Of a stretch of DNA of 64,000 bases, positions 1-11,520 are shown piece after piece. Every line of letters begins with the position of its first letter. Within the stretch, counting starts at the first letter, position 1. The translations under genes and the position numbers were made by a program. Below the pieces are notes generated by a model. That model ran no database searches, was not told where the DNA came from, and saw nothing but the letters and a program-made list of their open reading frames with translations. This stretch comes from Octopus bimaculoides (taxonomy: Eukaryota), in assembly GCF_001194135.2 (NCBI RefSeq), contig NC_068983.1, forward strand, positions 163,674,454 to 163,738,453, given 5' to 3'.

Positions 1-140
1 TTTTATGACTGCTGCTCGACGCTCTGTGAACACTGTAAAGACTGTTGGAAGTGACACGGACTTGTTATTTTTGGGTCATTTCTAGAGAAATTATAGCCAG
101 CATGTGTAAAGAAACAATTGGATCGAAGACAAAAATGGGT

Positions 141-198
141 AATGAGTGTATATGTCATATTTCGGGGGTGCGGGGTTGACCCTTCATCAGCACCCATC
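141..198 (-). ncRNA. Type-I hammerhead ribozyme motif with intact core (Penelope-like)
   Basis: The minus strand reads GATGGGTG-CTGATGA-A-GGG..CCC-GAAA-TATG A CATA-TA-CACTCATT. Stem I is 8 bp (2 GU), stem II is GGG/CCC and stem III is a short near-palindrome. The AUA triplet predicts cleavage between 149 and 148. Confidence 0.8.
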
Positions 199-261
199 TA
201 ATCCATTCTCACCTCCGAACACATTGCTTCTATAGCTGCCGCTTACAGCGAGAGTGAGTTA

Positions 262-315
262 GATGGGTGCTAATGAAGGGGCAGCGACCGCCGAAATATG
301 GCATGTACATTCATT
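262..315 (+). ncRNA. Second type-I hammerhead motif, core mutated (CTAATGA), probably inactive
   Basis: GATGGGTG-CTAATGA-AGGGGCAGCGACCGCC-GAAA-TATG G CATG-TA-CATTCATT is an inverted homolog of 141-198 with a G5>A change. Confidence 0.7.
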
Positions 316-1174
316 ACCCATTTTGTCTCATTCTTTGTTGAAATCTTACATCTTGATACGAAACATTGTAGCAACAAAAAAAAAAATCACAAAAAAAAAG
401 AAATCACAAAAAAAAAAATCACAAAAAAACCCTCAAAATAATATAAAGAGCACTGCTAACACAGTAGGACGTGGTGTTGACTTATAAAAATATTTAATAT
501 ATTTTATAGGATATCATGGTTGCATAACGAAATACCACATGCCTACAAGTCATTAATACTACATTGTATACAGCATGTCTGTACTCGTTACTTATACATT
601 TCCTATGTCATCTAGATGCTCTGTTAGACATTTTCTCTGTTACCTTGACACGTTCTAAATATGTCTTTCATCGTTTTTCTTTCTTTCCTATTTATACGAT
701 GTTTTATGAATGTCTTGGTGTTATTTTAACACTTATCATTCTTAATCTTTATGGTTGCTTATATTTTTTGTTCTCTGGTGTTGTTGACGCGAATCAGTTT
801 CTTTTTTTCAGTATGTTGTTCTAGAGCAAGCGTTCTGTCGTACAGTGGGAACAATGGTGTAGCTTTGTCCGGGAAATGGCAGCTGGATACAGATCTAATA
901 TGATTTTGGGACGAAGGTGTATATCTCGTGTATATATTGAAGATATATTTCTGTGTTTATCTGTGTATGGAATAAAAATATGAATGACAAACCGAATCCT
1001 GGTGGTATACTTTTCAGAAATGCTGTTAAGACAGTTGACAATGACCTGACAACCTAACAGCTAGGCTACTAAGCGTTGTTTTCTACTGTATCTTAAGATT
1101 TTGAGTACTTTATGTATCAATGAATAGGGGACAGAATCGAAAAGTCTGCTGCTATCAATAAGAGGCACTTCAAA

Positions 1175-1368
1175 GCGGTGAGCTGGCAGAATCGTTAGCA
1201 CGCCGGGCGAAATGCTTAGCGGTATTTCATCTACCGCTACGTTCTGAGTTCAAATTCCGCCGAGGTCATCCTTTCGAAGTCGATGAATTAAGTACCAGTG
1301 AAACACCTGAATCGATGTAATCGACTTATCCAAAATGTGCTGCCCTTGTGGCAAAATTTGAAACTATT
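1175..1368 (+). mobile_element. tRNA-headed SINE family A
   Basis: It has the head gagctggcagaatcgttagcacg, a B-box-like gagttcaaattcc and the family core. Homologs recur more than 15 times in the window. Confidence 0.85.
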
Positions 1369-1695
1369 AATAAGCACTTCATTCGGAGCTCTGTTAAACA
1401 TCAGGATTTTGAAAAGGTTTTCTTATTTCCAAATTGTGTTTAATTTTACACTTTACATTTCATCTGATTATATATTACTATTCTTCCCCCGTTTGCAACA
1501 GATTATATTTGTGCCTTTGCCATATATTAAGGAGTCCAAGTTTCAATGTACATAAAAACCCTTATAAATTCTTATACAGAGAGAGACACCGTTTTTGTCC
1601 GATTTCATACAACTGACAACGCATATCGCAAAAACAACTTTCTTGTTTATGAACTGACTTTCTGCAAATAATGGACTGCACAATATACATTTGAT

Positions 1696-1734
<39 letters not shown>

Positions 1735-1766
1735 GTCCGTCTGTCTGTCTGTCGAACTGTCTGTCC

Positions 1767-1806
<40 letters not shown>

Positions 1807-1877
1807 GTAGACTACGCTTTTCTTGATGGTGATTGGTCTCTTTCATTGTTTGAATTGTATATTGGTGGTTCTTCTCT

Positions 1878-1917
<40 letters not shown>

Positions 1918-2134
1918 AGATGACATCCATTTCAAGTAAAGTTATACAGAAGTTAAAGTGAAACACAAACGACATTAAACTCTCCATTCCAGGAAAGTTT
2001 ACAAGAAATTATTTAGCTCAGGCTTCTTAACTCTCAAACTTGATAATAAAAATATACACACAAATATTGAGGATGATGGATCTGAAAAACATTAATGGGC
2101 ATACGAAGCTTGTATGTATGTTTATGAAGCTCGC

Positions 2135-2462
2135 ATTGCAACAATGCGGTCCCAGGTTCAATCCCACTGCGCAACGTCTATAGCAGGCGTCTTTTATTAT
2201 AGACCCGAGCAGACCAATACTTTTTGTGTGAATTTGATTGTCTGGAACTATGTGGAAGCCCGTTGTGTGTGTGTACATATGTGTGTGTGTGCGTAAGAAT
2301 ATCTGTGTGTATTTTTGTTTTCCCTCGCCATTTAGTTGTTCGGCAACACTGAACAAGAAAATAAGTACCTGACTTATAATTACTGGAGTCTACTTGTTCA
2401 AATACTTGAAGGTGATGCCCCAGGATGGCCGTAGTGGAATGACAGACTGAGACAAGTAAAAT
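2135..2462 (+). mobile_element. SINE family B (internal microsatellite), degenerate
   Basis: Left arm ..ggttcaatcccactgcg..ggaagcccg, then a (TG)n centre, then a right arm ending ccaggatggccgtag..gagacaagtaaa. Confidence 0.7.
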
Positions 2463-2656
2463 ATATTAAACAGCACCCACCCTCCTATTATAGTTGTATG
2501 AATCTTACAAAACAAAAATCGTATTTATTGTCGTATTCACTACAAAATGTGATACTGTGATATAAGTGGACAAAGTAAGAACCGACTAATTCTCTTGTCC
2601 ACAAAATGCATCCAACTTCATCTCGTTTATCGATCATTGAACTCTGCTATCAGCCT

Positions 2657-2808
2657 TTTACGTTCTGAGGTCAATTTCTGCCGAGGTCGTCTTTGCCTTT
2701 CATCCGTTAGGGGTCGATAAATTAAGTACCAGTTGCGTACTGGGGTCGATCTAATCGACTGGCCCCCTCCCCCAAAATTTTGGGCTTTGTGCCTAGAGTA
2801 GAAAAGAA
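2657..2808 (+). mobile_element. SINE family A, 5'-truncated
   Basis: Core ctttgcctttcatcc..gggtcgataaattaagtaccag and tail gtgcctagagtagaaaagaa. Confidence 0.85.
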
Positions 2809-2961
2809 CTATGGTATCAGCTTACCTGGATCGAATCTTGGCTGCGCCCACTCAAATTGAACTTGGGTGTTTGAATAAACCCAAGTTTACGTAACAGCGC
2901 AAAATACGTCATAATTTAATTATTTAATTTTTTTTTGTTTTTTTGATATTCATAAAGCGGT

Positions 2962-3280
2962 CGTCGAGCTCACAATTACGAGGTAGTGAGTTCGATTCCC
3001 GGACCAGGCTGTGTGTTCTGCTTTTGAACAAGACACTTTATTTTACGTTGTTCCAGTTCACTGAGCTGTAGAAATGAGTAGCGACGTCATTGGTGCCAAG
3101 CTGTATCAGCCTTTGGCTTTCGCTTAGATAACATCGGTGGTGTGGAGAGGAGAGGCCGGTATGCATGGGCGACTGCTGGTCTTCCATAAACAAACTTGTC
3201 CGGATTTGTGCCTTGGTGGGGAACTCTCTAGGTGCCACATGGCAATTCATGACTGAAGTGGGTCCTTACCCTTTTACCCA
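2962..3280 (+). mobile_element. SINE family C
   Basis: Homologous along its length to 39654-39983 (-); tRNA-like head gagttcgattccc and ctttaccc tail. Confidence 0.8.
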
Positions 3281-3399
3281 TCCGGTTAATACAATTATTA
3301 AATGTTTAAAGCGGAAGTAGAGATAAAATCCGAACAGAGTATCCAGCATCGCTTCACAAGAATCAACAGGACTCGATAGTCGTAGCCACACGTACAAAC

Positions 3400-3560
3400 T
3401 ACCCCTTAGTCTCCTTAAATGATCCCGTCCACACGTCTGTCACCCTCGACTTCCTGGCGAAGGGAGAGGCTGTTTGAATTCCTCCCTTATTCATGTGACG
3501 TCACTTCCCTTCGCTTCCGGCCTCGCATCACTCTTCTTTTCCTCACTTCTGACGTCTCTC
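3400..3560. promoter_or_regulatory. Candidate promoter with CRE and ETS motifs
   Basis: GTGACGTCAC palindrome at 3495-3504 overlaps CACTTCC, followed by GCTTCCGG (3513-3520) and a second TGACGTC (3550-3556), in locally CpG-rich non-repeat DNA. Confidence 0.35.
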
Positions 3561-4085
3561 TGCATTCTTCTAAATATACTTTAGTTCCTGTAAAAGTCTT
3601 ATGGAATATTCCAAAGTGTATCGCTGAACCAGGCAACACAAATTTAACCTTTTATATTTATTCGAGATATCGTTAAGTAAATTCTCAGCTTGTTGGAACC
3701 TTTTCTTGTGCGTGCATATGTGTGTGTATGTGTGTGTGTGTGCATGTGTGTGTGTGTGCGTGCGTATGTATGTGTGTGTGTATGTGTGTGTGTGCGTGTG
3801 ATTTCTTTAAAATGTCATCACTTAATGGTATTTAAATCACCTTCGCTATAGAAGTGTCCGTATGTGTATATATGTATGTATGCATGTAAGTTGTGTGCAT
3901 GTATCTATGTGTGTTTATGTGTGTGTGTGTGTGTGTGTGCTTGTGTGTATGTGTATTTATGTGTACGTGTGTAGAGCAATATCGTTTACTTTGGATTTGG
4001 TCTCGCAGTGCTCTCGTTTGAAATTAAACACCATTAAAACATTGACTTCAGCTTCCCACCTTTCTATAAATCTAATAAATACAAA

Positions 4086-4140
<55 letters not shown>

Positions 4141-4154
4141 AAATACACACTGAT

Positions 4155-4386
4155 ATGTCTGTGTGTGTATGTGCCTGTTTACTAATATATAAGGTAGGGC
4201 AAGAGAGAGAGAGAAAGAAAGAATTAAAGAAGGAAAAAAGGATAGAAAGAAGGAAAGAAAGAAAGAAAAAGAGTGCTATGTTTAAGTCAATGACATATAC
4301 ATTACTATTACCTGGCAGGTGATTCGATCCACACACACGGTGATGCGTGTGTGTATGTGCGTCTTTGCTTGTATATAATATAGGGC

Positions 4387-4424
<38 letters not shown>

Positions 4425-4552
4425 TAGAGAAAGAAAGAGAGAAAGAGAGAAAGAAAAAAAGAAACAAAGAAAGAAAGAAGGAAAAAAAGAGTGCATATCT
4501 GTAACTCAATGACATATTCACATCACTATACCTTGGCACGTGGTTCGATCCT
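4155..4552. repeat. Diverged two-unit tandem duplication (~190-210 bp) built around GA-rich tracts
   Basis: Both units share tataa..tagggc..gagtgc..tcaatgacata..actat..cctggca..gttcgatcc. Confidence 0.7.
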
Positions 4553-4570
4553 ACTGGATAACACCTTTCC

Positions 4571-4622
<52 letters not shown>

Positions 4623-4628
4623 AATTAT

Positions 4629-5147
4629 TGAGCGAGTGAGATGCGCATGCCATTAATATGACACTGGAATACAAATATACGAAGCCCAATATACCCATCA
4701 TGACTACTCGTCCGATAAGGGTACATCAGTCACATGCATCATAACAATATGTGCTCGACATGCTGATCGCATATCAAGATAAACAGCGCATCACCTCGCA
4801 GGTGGCGCCCAGTTAGAATTTTCTTCAGGTCCTGTAGCCCATCCCGCTCAAAAGGTCCTTGAATAAGGGTGTATTAAGGGTGTTGCACGAAAGAATTCCT
4901 TTCAACACATGGCTATGATGCTCCACTACTACCTCTTCTCGTGGTTAGAGATGCACATATCATCAACCACTAAGGGACATGCTCAACTGGTTAAGATCAA
5001 ACAACTGACAAGCAAATCTGTGGTATTAAGCAGAATATTTGCTGTAGCTCATCTTTCATACCAAGACAAAACAATGTACATGATAACACTTCCAATCAGC
5101 TAAGATCAGAAGCCATGAGAGCCACTACCTGGTACTGCATCCGGGCA
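4629..5147 (-). mobile_element. ~520-bp non-coding retroposon-like element, copy 1
   Basis: Homologous to 5709-6146. Its 3' end runs into AAT/(GAT)n and its 5' end abuts the (AAT)n tail of an R4 fragment. No long ORF. Confidence 0.7.
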
Positions 5148-5160
5148 TTATTTATTATTA

Positions 5161-5694
5161 TGTGATGAAAACTCACAGCTTATTTTGCTGGGTATGATGG
5201 AAAGAGTCAGTTGTCCACAGCCCGCAGACAAAGGAGACACTTGTTTACTGGTCATGCTTCAAGAACCCTGCGAACAATTCTTGCAGTTCCAAGCAATGCT
5301 GATTTTTTAGGTGTTCTACCATCACACTTGCTCCAATCTTTTTCAGCCATTTTAGTAGTCATGTTTCAGCCATGTTGAATGCTAATACTTCCAAGTGCAC
5401 CAATTACAATTGGTATCGCATCTACTCTCTTCATTGATCACAAACTTCGTATTTCCTACTTCAAATCGTCATAGTTGTTTATTTTTTTCTTCTTCTTGTC
5501 ACTGGGGCAAGCTATGTCGATTATCATACATTTTCTTTCTTTTTTATTCACCACAACAATGTCTGGTTTCTGATGTCTGGTCAGGTGATCGCACTGGATC
5601 AATGCATCCCACAGGATTTTGCAATTTTCATTCTCGATGAATATACCCCTTCTGGGGCATGTTCCTACCATGTCTTTGCTCTTTGAACGCCGTG
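5161..5694 (-). mobile_element. R4/Dong-clade non-LTR retrotransposon 3' fragment (RLE domain), family alpha
   Basis: Encodes KILWDALIQCDHLTRHQKPDIVVVNKKERKCMIIDIACP..IPIVIGALG..SALLGTARIVRRVLEA*, with (AAT)n at both junctions. Confidence 0.9.
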
Positions 5695-5708
5695 ATTATT
5701 ATTATTAT

Positions 5709-6146
5709 GTGACAGAGCAGTCCTTACCATCAAACTGACACTGGGGTAAAATATATGAAGCCCTGTATATCCATCATAACTACCCGTCTGATAAGGGTAC
5801 ATCAGGCACATGCATCACAACCATATATGCACAACATGGTGATCTCATATCAAAATAAACAGCGCATGACCTTGCAGGTGGGACCCAGTTAGAATTTTCT
5901 TCAGGTCGAGTAGCCCATCCGCTCAAAAGGTCCCTGAATAAGGTTTGTTTAAGGATGTTGAGCAAAATACCAATGTTTCCAAAGGTGAATTAACCAAACT
6001 CCAAAAGAATTCCTCTCAACACATGGCTATAATGCTCCTCCACTACTTCTGCTCGTGATCAGAGATGCACATATCGTCAACCCCTAAGGGTCATGCTCAA
6101 CTGGTTATGGTCAAGCAACTGACAAACAAATCTGTGGTATTAAGCA
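5709..6146 (-). mobile_element. ~520-bp non-coding element, copy 2 (5'-truncated)
   Basis: Homologous to 4629-5147 but keeps ~40 bp that copy 1 lacks. It has an (AAT)n tail, and its 5' junction lies in (ATT)n. Confidence 0.7.
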
Positions 6147-6168
6147 TATTATTATTATTATTATTATT

Positions 6169-6213
<45 letters not shown>

Positions 6214-6255
6214 GGTGGTAGTGGTGGTGGTAGTGGTAGTGCTTTCATCATCATA

Positions 6256-6286
<31 letters not shown>

Positions 6287-6593
6287 TAATCCTCATTATT
6301 ATTGCACGTTCAGCTTTTACAATTCGCTAGTGTTACATTCGTGAAAAATAATGTCTTCCCACCTTTAAATGCAGGTTGATTCGGTAAAGTTAAGCATCTT
6401 TTCCTTTCTCCGACTGAATATGGAGAAACCGTTGCATGTGGGAGGTGGAAACGATCTTAACCAATTATTGGTGGGAACATTTTTATGACAATACAAAAAA
6501 ATACACATTTCCAGAATCAATATTTTCCATTACGTGGCAATTTGTTTTATTGGACCGAAGAGAAGAGACCAATAGAAGTGGATGAAGATGCAA

Positions 6594-6633
<40 letters not shown>

Positions 6634-6935
6634 AAGTGTTATATAGAGACAGAGTGTGATGAATAGATAGAGAGGGAGATAGAGAGAAGGGTAGACAGAG
6701 GGTAATGTGTGAGAGTGAGAGCTCACCTTGGTATCATGTTGCTGGATATAAAAGATTCGCTCATTTTGTGTGTAAGCGTGTGTGTATGTGTGCGCGTGAG
6801 TGAAAATCTATCATAGAGACTAAGTGTGATAGACAGACAGACGGCCAGACAGACAGCTAGCTAGCTAGACAGACAGACAGACAGACAGACAGATAGATAT
6901 ATTAGACAGCTGGCTAGATAGATAGATAATAGATG

Positions 6936-6969
<34 letters not shown>

Positions 6970-7075
6970 CTGATTGATTGGTTCATACAATAACGGAATG
7001 ATAGTGAGGGAAAATGTAAGATTAAGAAACCATTCACCTTACTGACATGTTACTGGGTTTAAAAAACCTACCTAC

Positions 7076-7134
<59 letters not shown>

Positions 7135-7249
7135 AACAACTGGGGTCAAACTAGAAAGGCTCAAGCTTTATGGTCTCCAACGCCGCCGTGAGCGCTACAT
7201 CATCTGCATGATGTGAAAAATATTCCATCAGCATCGCCCAAATGATGTT

Positions 7250-7290
<41 letters not shown>

Positions 7291-7293
<3 letters not shown>

Positions 7294-7589
7294 TGTGTGG
7301 TAAGCAGCTTGCGTCCCATGTACATGGTTCCAGGCTCAGTCCCACTGCGTGGCACCTTGGGCGAGTGTCTTCTAGTACAGGCTCAGGCCGACCAANNNNN
7401 NNNNNNNNNNNNNNNNNNNNNNNNNNNNNNNNNNNNNNNNNNNNNNNNNNNNNNNNNNNNNNNNNNNNNNNNNNNNNNNNNNNNNNNNNNNNNNNNNNNN
7501 NNNNNNNNNNNNNNNNNNNNNNNNNNNNNNNNNNNNNNNNNNNNNNNNNNNNNNNNNNNNNNNNNNNNNNNNNNNNNNNNNNNNNNNNN

Positions 7590-7626
<37 letters not shown>

Positions 7627-7773
7627 TGTGTGGTAAGCAGCTTGCGTCCCATGTACATGGTTCCAGGCTCAGTCCCACTGCGTGGCACCTTGGGCGAGTG
7701 TCTTCTAGTACAGGCTCAGGCCGACCAAAGCTTTCTGAGTGAATTTGGTAAATGGAAACTGAAAGAAGCCTGT

Positions 7774-7800
<27 letters not shown>
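7291..7800 (+). mobile_element. SINE family B left arm, duplicated across a gap
   Basis: 7291-7395 is identical to 7624-7728 on either side of N-run 7396-7589. Confidence 0.8.
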
Positions 7801-7837
<37 letters not shown>

Positions 7838-8334
7838 CCGGCGTGCTTCTTTCAGTTTCTGTCTACGGAATCCATTCTCCTTGGGCTAAAGTAGAAAGCT
7901 CTTGCCCAAGTTTCCACGCAGTGGGCGTGGACCTGGGACCAACTTGTTACCGCACAGACACTCCCCGAACCTATTTATCTACTTATTTACTTTCAGATCA
8001 GTCTCTAGTGTACTTCAATTCTCATAATGTTATGTTTTGTAGAGGGCGACTACAGCCCACTTTGGTCGCCCTGTACAAAGCACGACGTTGGCAAAAGTAG
8101 AGAAGTGGAGGAGGATGGCATCAGGATCTTTTACCGAAATTCTCTAGATTCATGAGCACATTCTGTGGGCCACATCCAAGTTACTGTTGATATGTGCTCT
8201 CTCCAGCTTGGGTAGCTCTTTACAGTAACCCCTAAATCTCTTAACATCAAATTATGGACTCTCCCCTCGAAAACGATATATGACTGTTCAGCTTTTGCCG
8301 AACGATATGTTTATAGTGATCAAGTGTACATTAG

Positions 8335-8440
8335 CTCAGTGATTCCCCTGTTCGAAAATATAAGGACCCAGAATTTTTGTGTCGTATAGCCAGCTGAAAA
8401 CGGTGTTTCCTAGTGTAACATTCGTCCCATCCTGTAACTG
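8335..8440 (-). mobile_element. Possible Tc1/mariner transposase remnant
   Basis: One minus frame reads NTVFSWLYDTKILGPYIFEQG, resembling the VW..IIGPYFFE motif. Confidence 0.3.
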
Positions 8441-8468
8441 CCACATCATGTTGGCTAATAGACATTAC

Positions 8469-8510
<42 letters not shown>

Positions 8511-9177
8511 ATTGTTTGTATATATGTATGTATATACGTATGTATGTGTGTGTGTGTGTATATATATATATATACACACACACGTGTATATTTGCAGGTA
8601 TACGAAAATATTCGCGAAATAATGGCAATGTTTATATACACATAACTGGCAAGGCGTTAGCCTGGTGCGTGCGGTTGCTTGTGTACATGTACTTATCTAT
8701 CTATCTAATTCTGCATTATTCTCTGTTTGAAAATATATGTATTTGAATATATATGTATTGGGAGTGCATTTCCGATAACTAGAAAGGGGCAATATAATCG
8801 CATAAAACACTTTTAGCCAGCGTTCCTCAGTGGTTACATTCGAAATATTACACCGAGACCAATAAAACAATGAATTAATATATGCATATGTGTGTGCGCT
8901 TGGCTTGCGCGCGCTTGGCTTGCGCGCGCTTATGTGTCCTGTTGCTTATTGTTATATTGATAACAATAAACCAGCACTATTCATAACTGAATGTTGGTTA
9001 CAGGTTTCCAGCAGGACAATTATGCTTCAGCGGCGTAAATGGAGAAGTGTTTATGTCTACAGTGCATTCTATTAATTTCAATGCACGCCTGTTCTTCTAC
9101 TCGAATCTATTCTATATTTTAGCTGTTTTATATTCACCAGTTAAGTGCAGGTAGACCATAGAATGTTATACAGGTGA

Positions 9178-9294
9178 CAGCTGATTGTCTAACGTTCACA
9201 GAATGATACTGTATATGTGCGTGTGTATATATGCATGTTAGTATGTAGTTGTGTGCACCTGTGTGTGCAGGCATGTGCAGGTGTGTGTGTGTGT

Positions 9295-9329
<35 letters not shown>

Positions 9330-9750
9330 CAAGTGTGTGTGTGCTTGTATGTATGTATGTGTATGTTTGTAAATATGTGCGTATGTGTGCAGGTGTGTGT
9401 TTGTATGAAAGTGTATGCAGATGTGCGTATGCCTCTACGTGTGTGTATGTGTGTGCCTCTGTGTATGCATGTGTGTGTGTGTGTGTGAGTGTGTGCCATT
9501 GTGTGCAGGCGTGTGCAATTGTGTGTCTTTGTCAGTTGATTGTCTAACGCTAACAGTTGAATAGTGTATATGTGCGAGTGTAGGTGTGTGTGTGTAAGTG
9601 TGTGTGCTTGTATGTATATACGTGTATGTTTGTAAATATGTGCGTATGTGTGCAGGTGTGTGTTTGTATGAAAGTGTATGCAGGCGTGCGTGTGCCTCTG
9701 CGTGTGTGTATGTGTATGTGTATGTGTGGTGCGTGTGTGTGTGTGTGTGT
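9178..9750. repeat. GT-rich tandem duplication (~355-bp unit plus partial second unit)
   Basis: gattgtctaacg and gtttgtaaatatgtgcgtatgtgtgcaggtgtgtgtttgtatgaaagtgtatgcag each occur twice. Confidence 0.75.
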
Positions 9751-10651
9751 GTCTTTGCTGTTTCCTAGAAGTCATCTTGTTAATGTACTTCACCCATTTA
9801 AAGCGTGTCTCCCGTTGAAGCCATTGAACCTGACAGATTTAGACGAAATAGATTTCCTCATGTTCGTCGCAGCCAATTGACATTGGCATTGATTTATCAT
9901 TTACCGAGACCTACGTCTTTATTTTTAACGAGAAGCCATGAAAGAAAAAAAGAGAAACTTATCTTTCTCCTTCTTCTTCTGTACGTCTGCAAACATTAAT
10001 GGTTAGAACTATACGTGTGTGGCTAGATCGTGCCAGCGGCCGAAAATAGAATTATTTTCCTGGGTATTTTGCGTAATGCGTTCTGAACGTTCATATTATT
10101 TAGTACATTAGCGATGTGTACATCTTTCTAGCTGTACATTGTCGATTCACTTTAAATATTGGATTTAATATTCTTCAGTTAAGAACAGTATGGACAAATG
10201 GTTAACAAGTTCGTCTCGCAACCAGGAAGATGTGCGACATCATAGCAAGGTGTCAGTTGTTTTTTTTCTTCTTTGATACCCACGGGTTGCCTCTTCCTTG
10301 TTGGTGAAATTGATGGTGGGGTGGGGGATTCTATACAATCCCTGCGGGTGAACTGTATCTGTAACTCAACGGTAAATCTTTGTTACACGCTATGTCACAC
10401 CGATTGTGCCTCAGAATTACTTTAAGGGTACATATGTCTGTGGAACTCTCAACCACTTAAATCTTAATTTAGGAGCATGTAACTCAGTTGACCGACCAAC
10501 AGAATCCTCATCGACGGAGATCCATCTTCGCAATAATCAACCCTAAATCTTTCTCAGCATTGCTAGAGTCTTAGAGTCTCCATCACTTTCGACGATGAGT
10601 ATTATTTATTTATTTGTTCAACTTAATTGCAACTCCCAGAATTAGTCCTTT

Positions 10652-10839
10652 TTTTACTATAGGCACAAGGCCTGAAATTTTGGGGGAGGGGATAAAACAA
10701 TTACATCAACCCCAGTACGCAACTGGTACTTATTTTATCGACCCCGAAAGGATGAAAGGCAAAGTCGACCTTGGGTGAATTTGAACTCAGAACGTAACGA
10801 CAGACGAAATACCGCTAACGACTCTGCCAACTCGCCGCC
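10652..10839 (-). mobile_element. SINE family A
   Basis: Reverse complement of head, core and tail. Confidence 0.85.
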
Positions 10840-10844
10840 TTTTT

Positions 10845-11145
10845 TAGGTTCCATTTGATCCAATCGATGGAACAGCAAGCTCATGAAATTAAAATGCATG
10901 TGGCTGAGCACTCCACAGACACGTATACCCTTAACGTAGTTCTCAGAGAGATTCAGAGTAACACAAAATGTAACAAGGCGGGCCCCCATTGAATTACAGG
11001 TACAACTCATTTTTGCCAGCTGAGTGGACTAGAGCAACGTGAAATAAAGTGTCTTGCTTAAGGACACAACGCGTCACCGGAAATTGAACTCAAAACCTTA
11101 CAATCGTGAGCCGAATGGCCTAACCACTGAACCACGGGCTTTCAC
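10845..11145 (-). mobile_element. SINE family E (family-C-like head, family-D-like tail)
   Basis: Head gtggttcagtggttagg..gagttcaattt, middle cactttatttcacgttgctctagtccactcagctgg, tail gagaactacgttaagggta..gtggagtgctcagccac. Confidence 0.8.
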
Positions 11146-11275
11146 AAACTCCTAGAATTAATGTCTGTATTCTGCAGACCTGTGGGGTCGAATGAGTGTA
11201 ACAGTGTGTGATGGGAGATATTTGAATTACAGGTGGAGTCCAAAGAGAGGAAGGGGAGAGACAGAGGAATGAGAA

Positions 11276-11326
<51 letters not shown>

Positions 11327-11361
11327 ATCCTACAATTAGATTGGTACAGTATTTATTGACC

Positions 11362-11520
11362 CTGTCTTCACGTTCAGAGTTCGAATTCCGCCGAGGTCGA
11401 CTTTGTCTTTCATCCTTTCGGGGTCGATAAATTGATTACCAGTTGCGTACCGGGGTCGATCTAATCGACTGGGCCCCTTCCCACCAAATTTTGGGCCTTG
11501 TACCTAGAGTAGAGAGAAAT
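11362..11520 (+). mobile_element. SINE family A, 5'-truncated
   Basis: Core and tail match family A. Confidence 0.8.

Larger units (their letters stand above)
128..328. mobile_element. Inverted repeat (arms ~128-210 and ~250-328), Penelope-like pLTR remnant
   Basis: The arms are diverged reverse complements, each carrying a hammerhead. Inverted pLTRs with minimal hammerheads are typical of PLEs. Confidence 0.6.

Noticed and set aside
480-1030. Possible PLE ORF N-terminus on the minus strand (FLKSIPPGFGLSF)
   Set aside because: Only a short motif-like match with stops in all frames; insufficient without a profile search.
4627-5147. Hammerhead, HDV or U2-snRNA origin for the 520-bp element
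   Set aside because: CTGAAGA has no downstream GAAA, the candidate L3 (TCTCATG) breaks the HDV consensus, and the U2 similarity is only a few short words.
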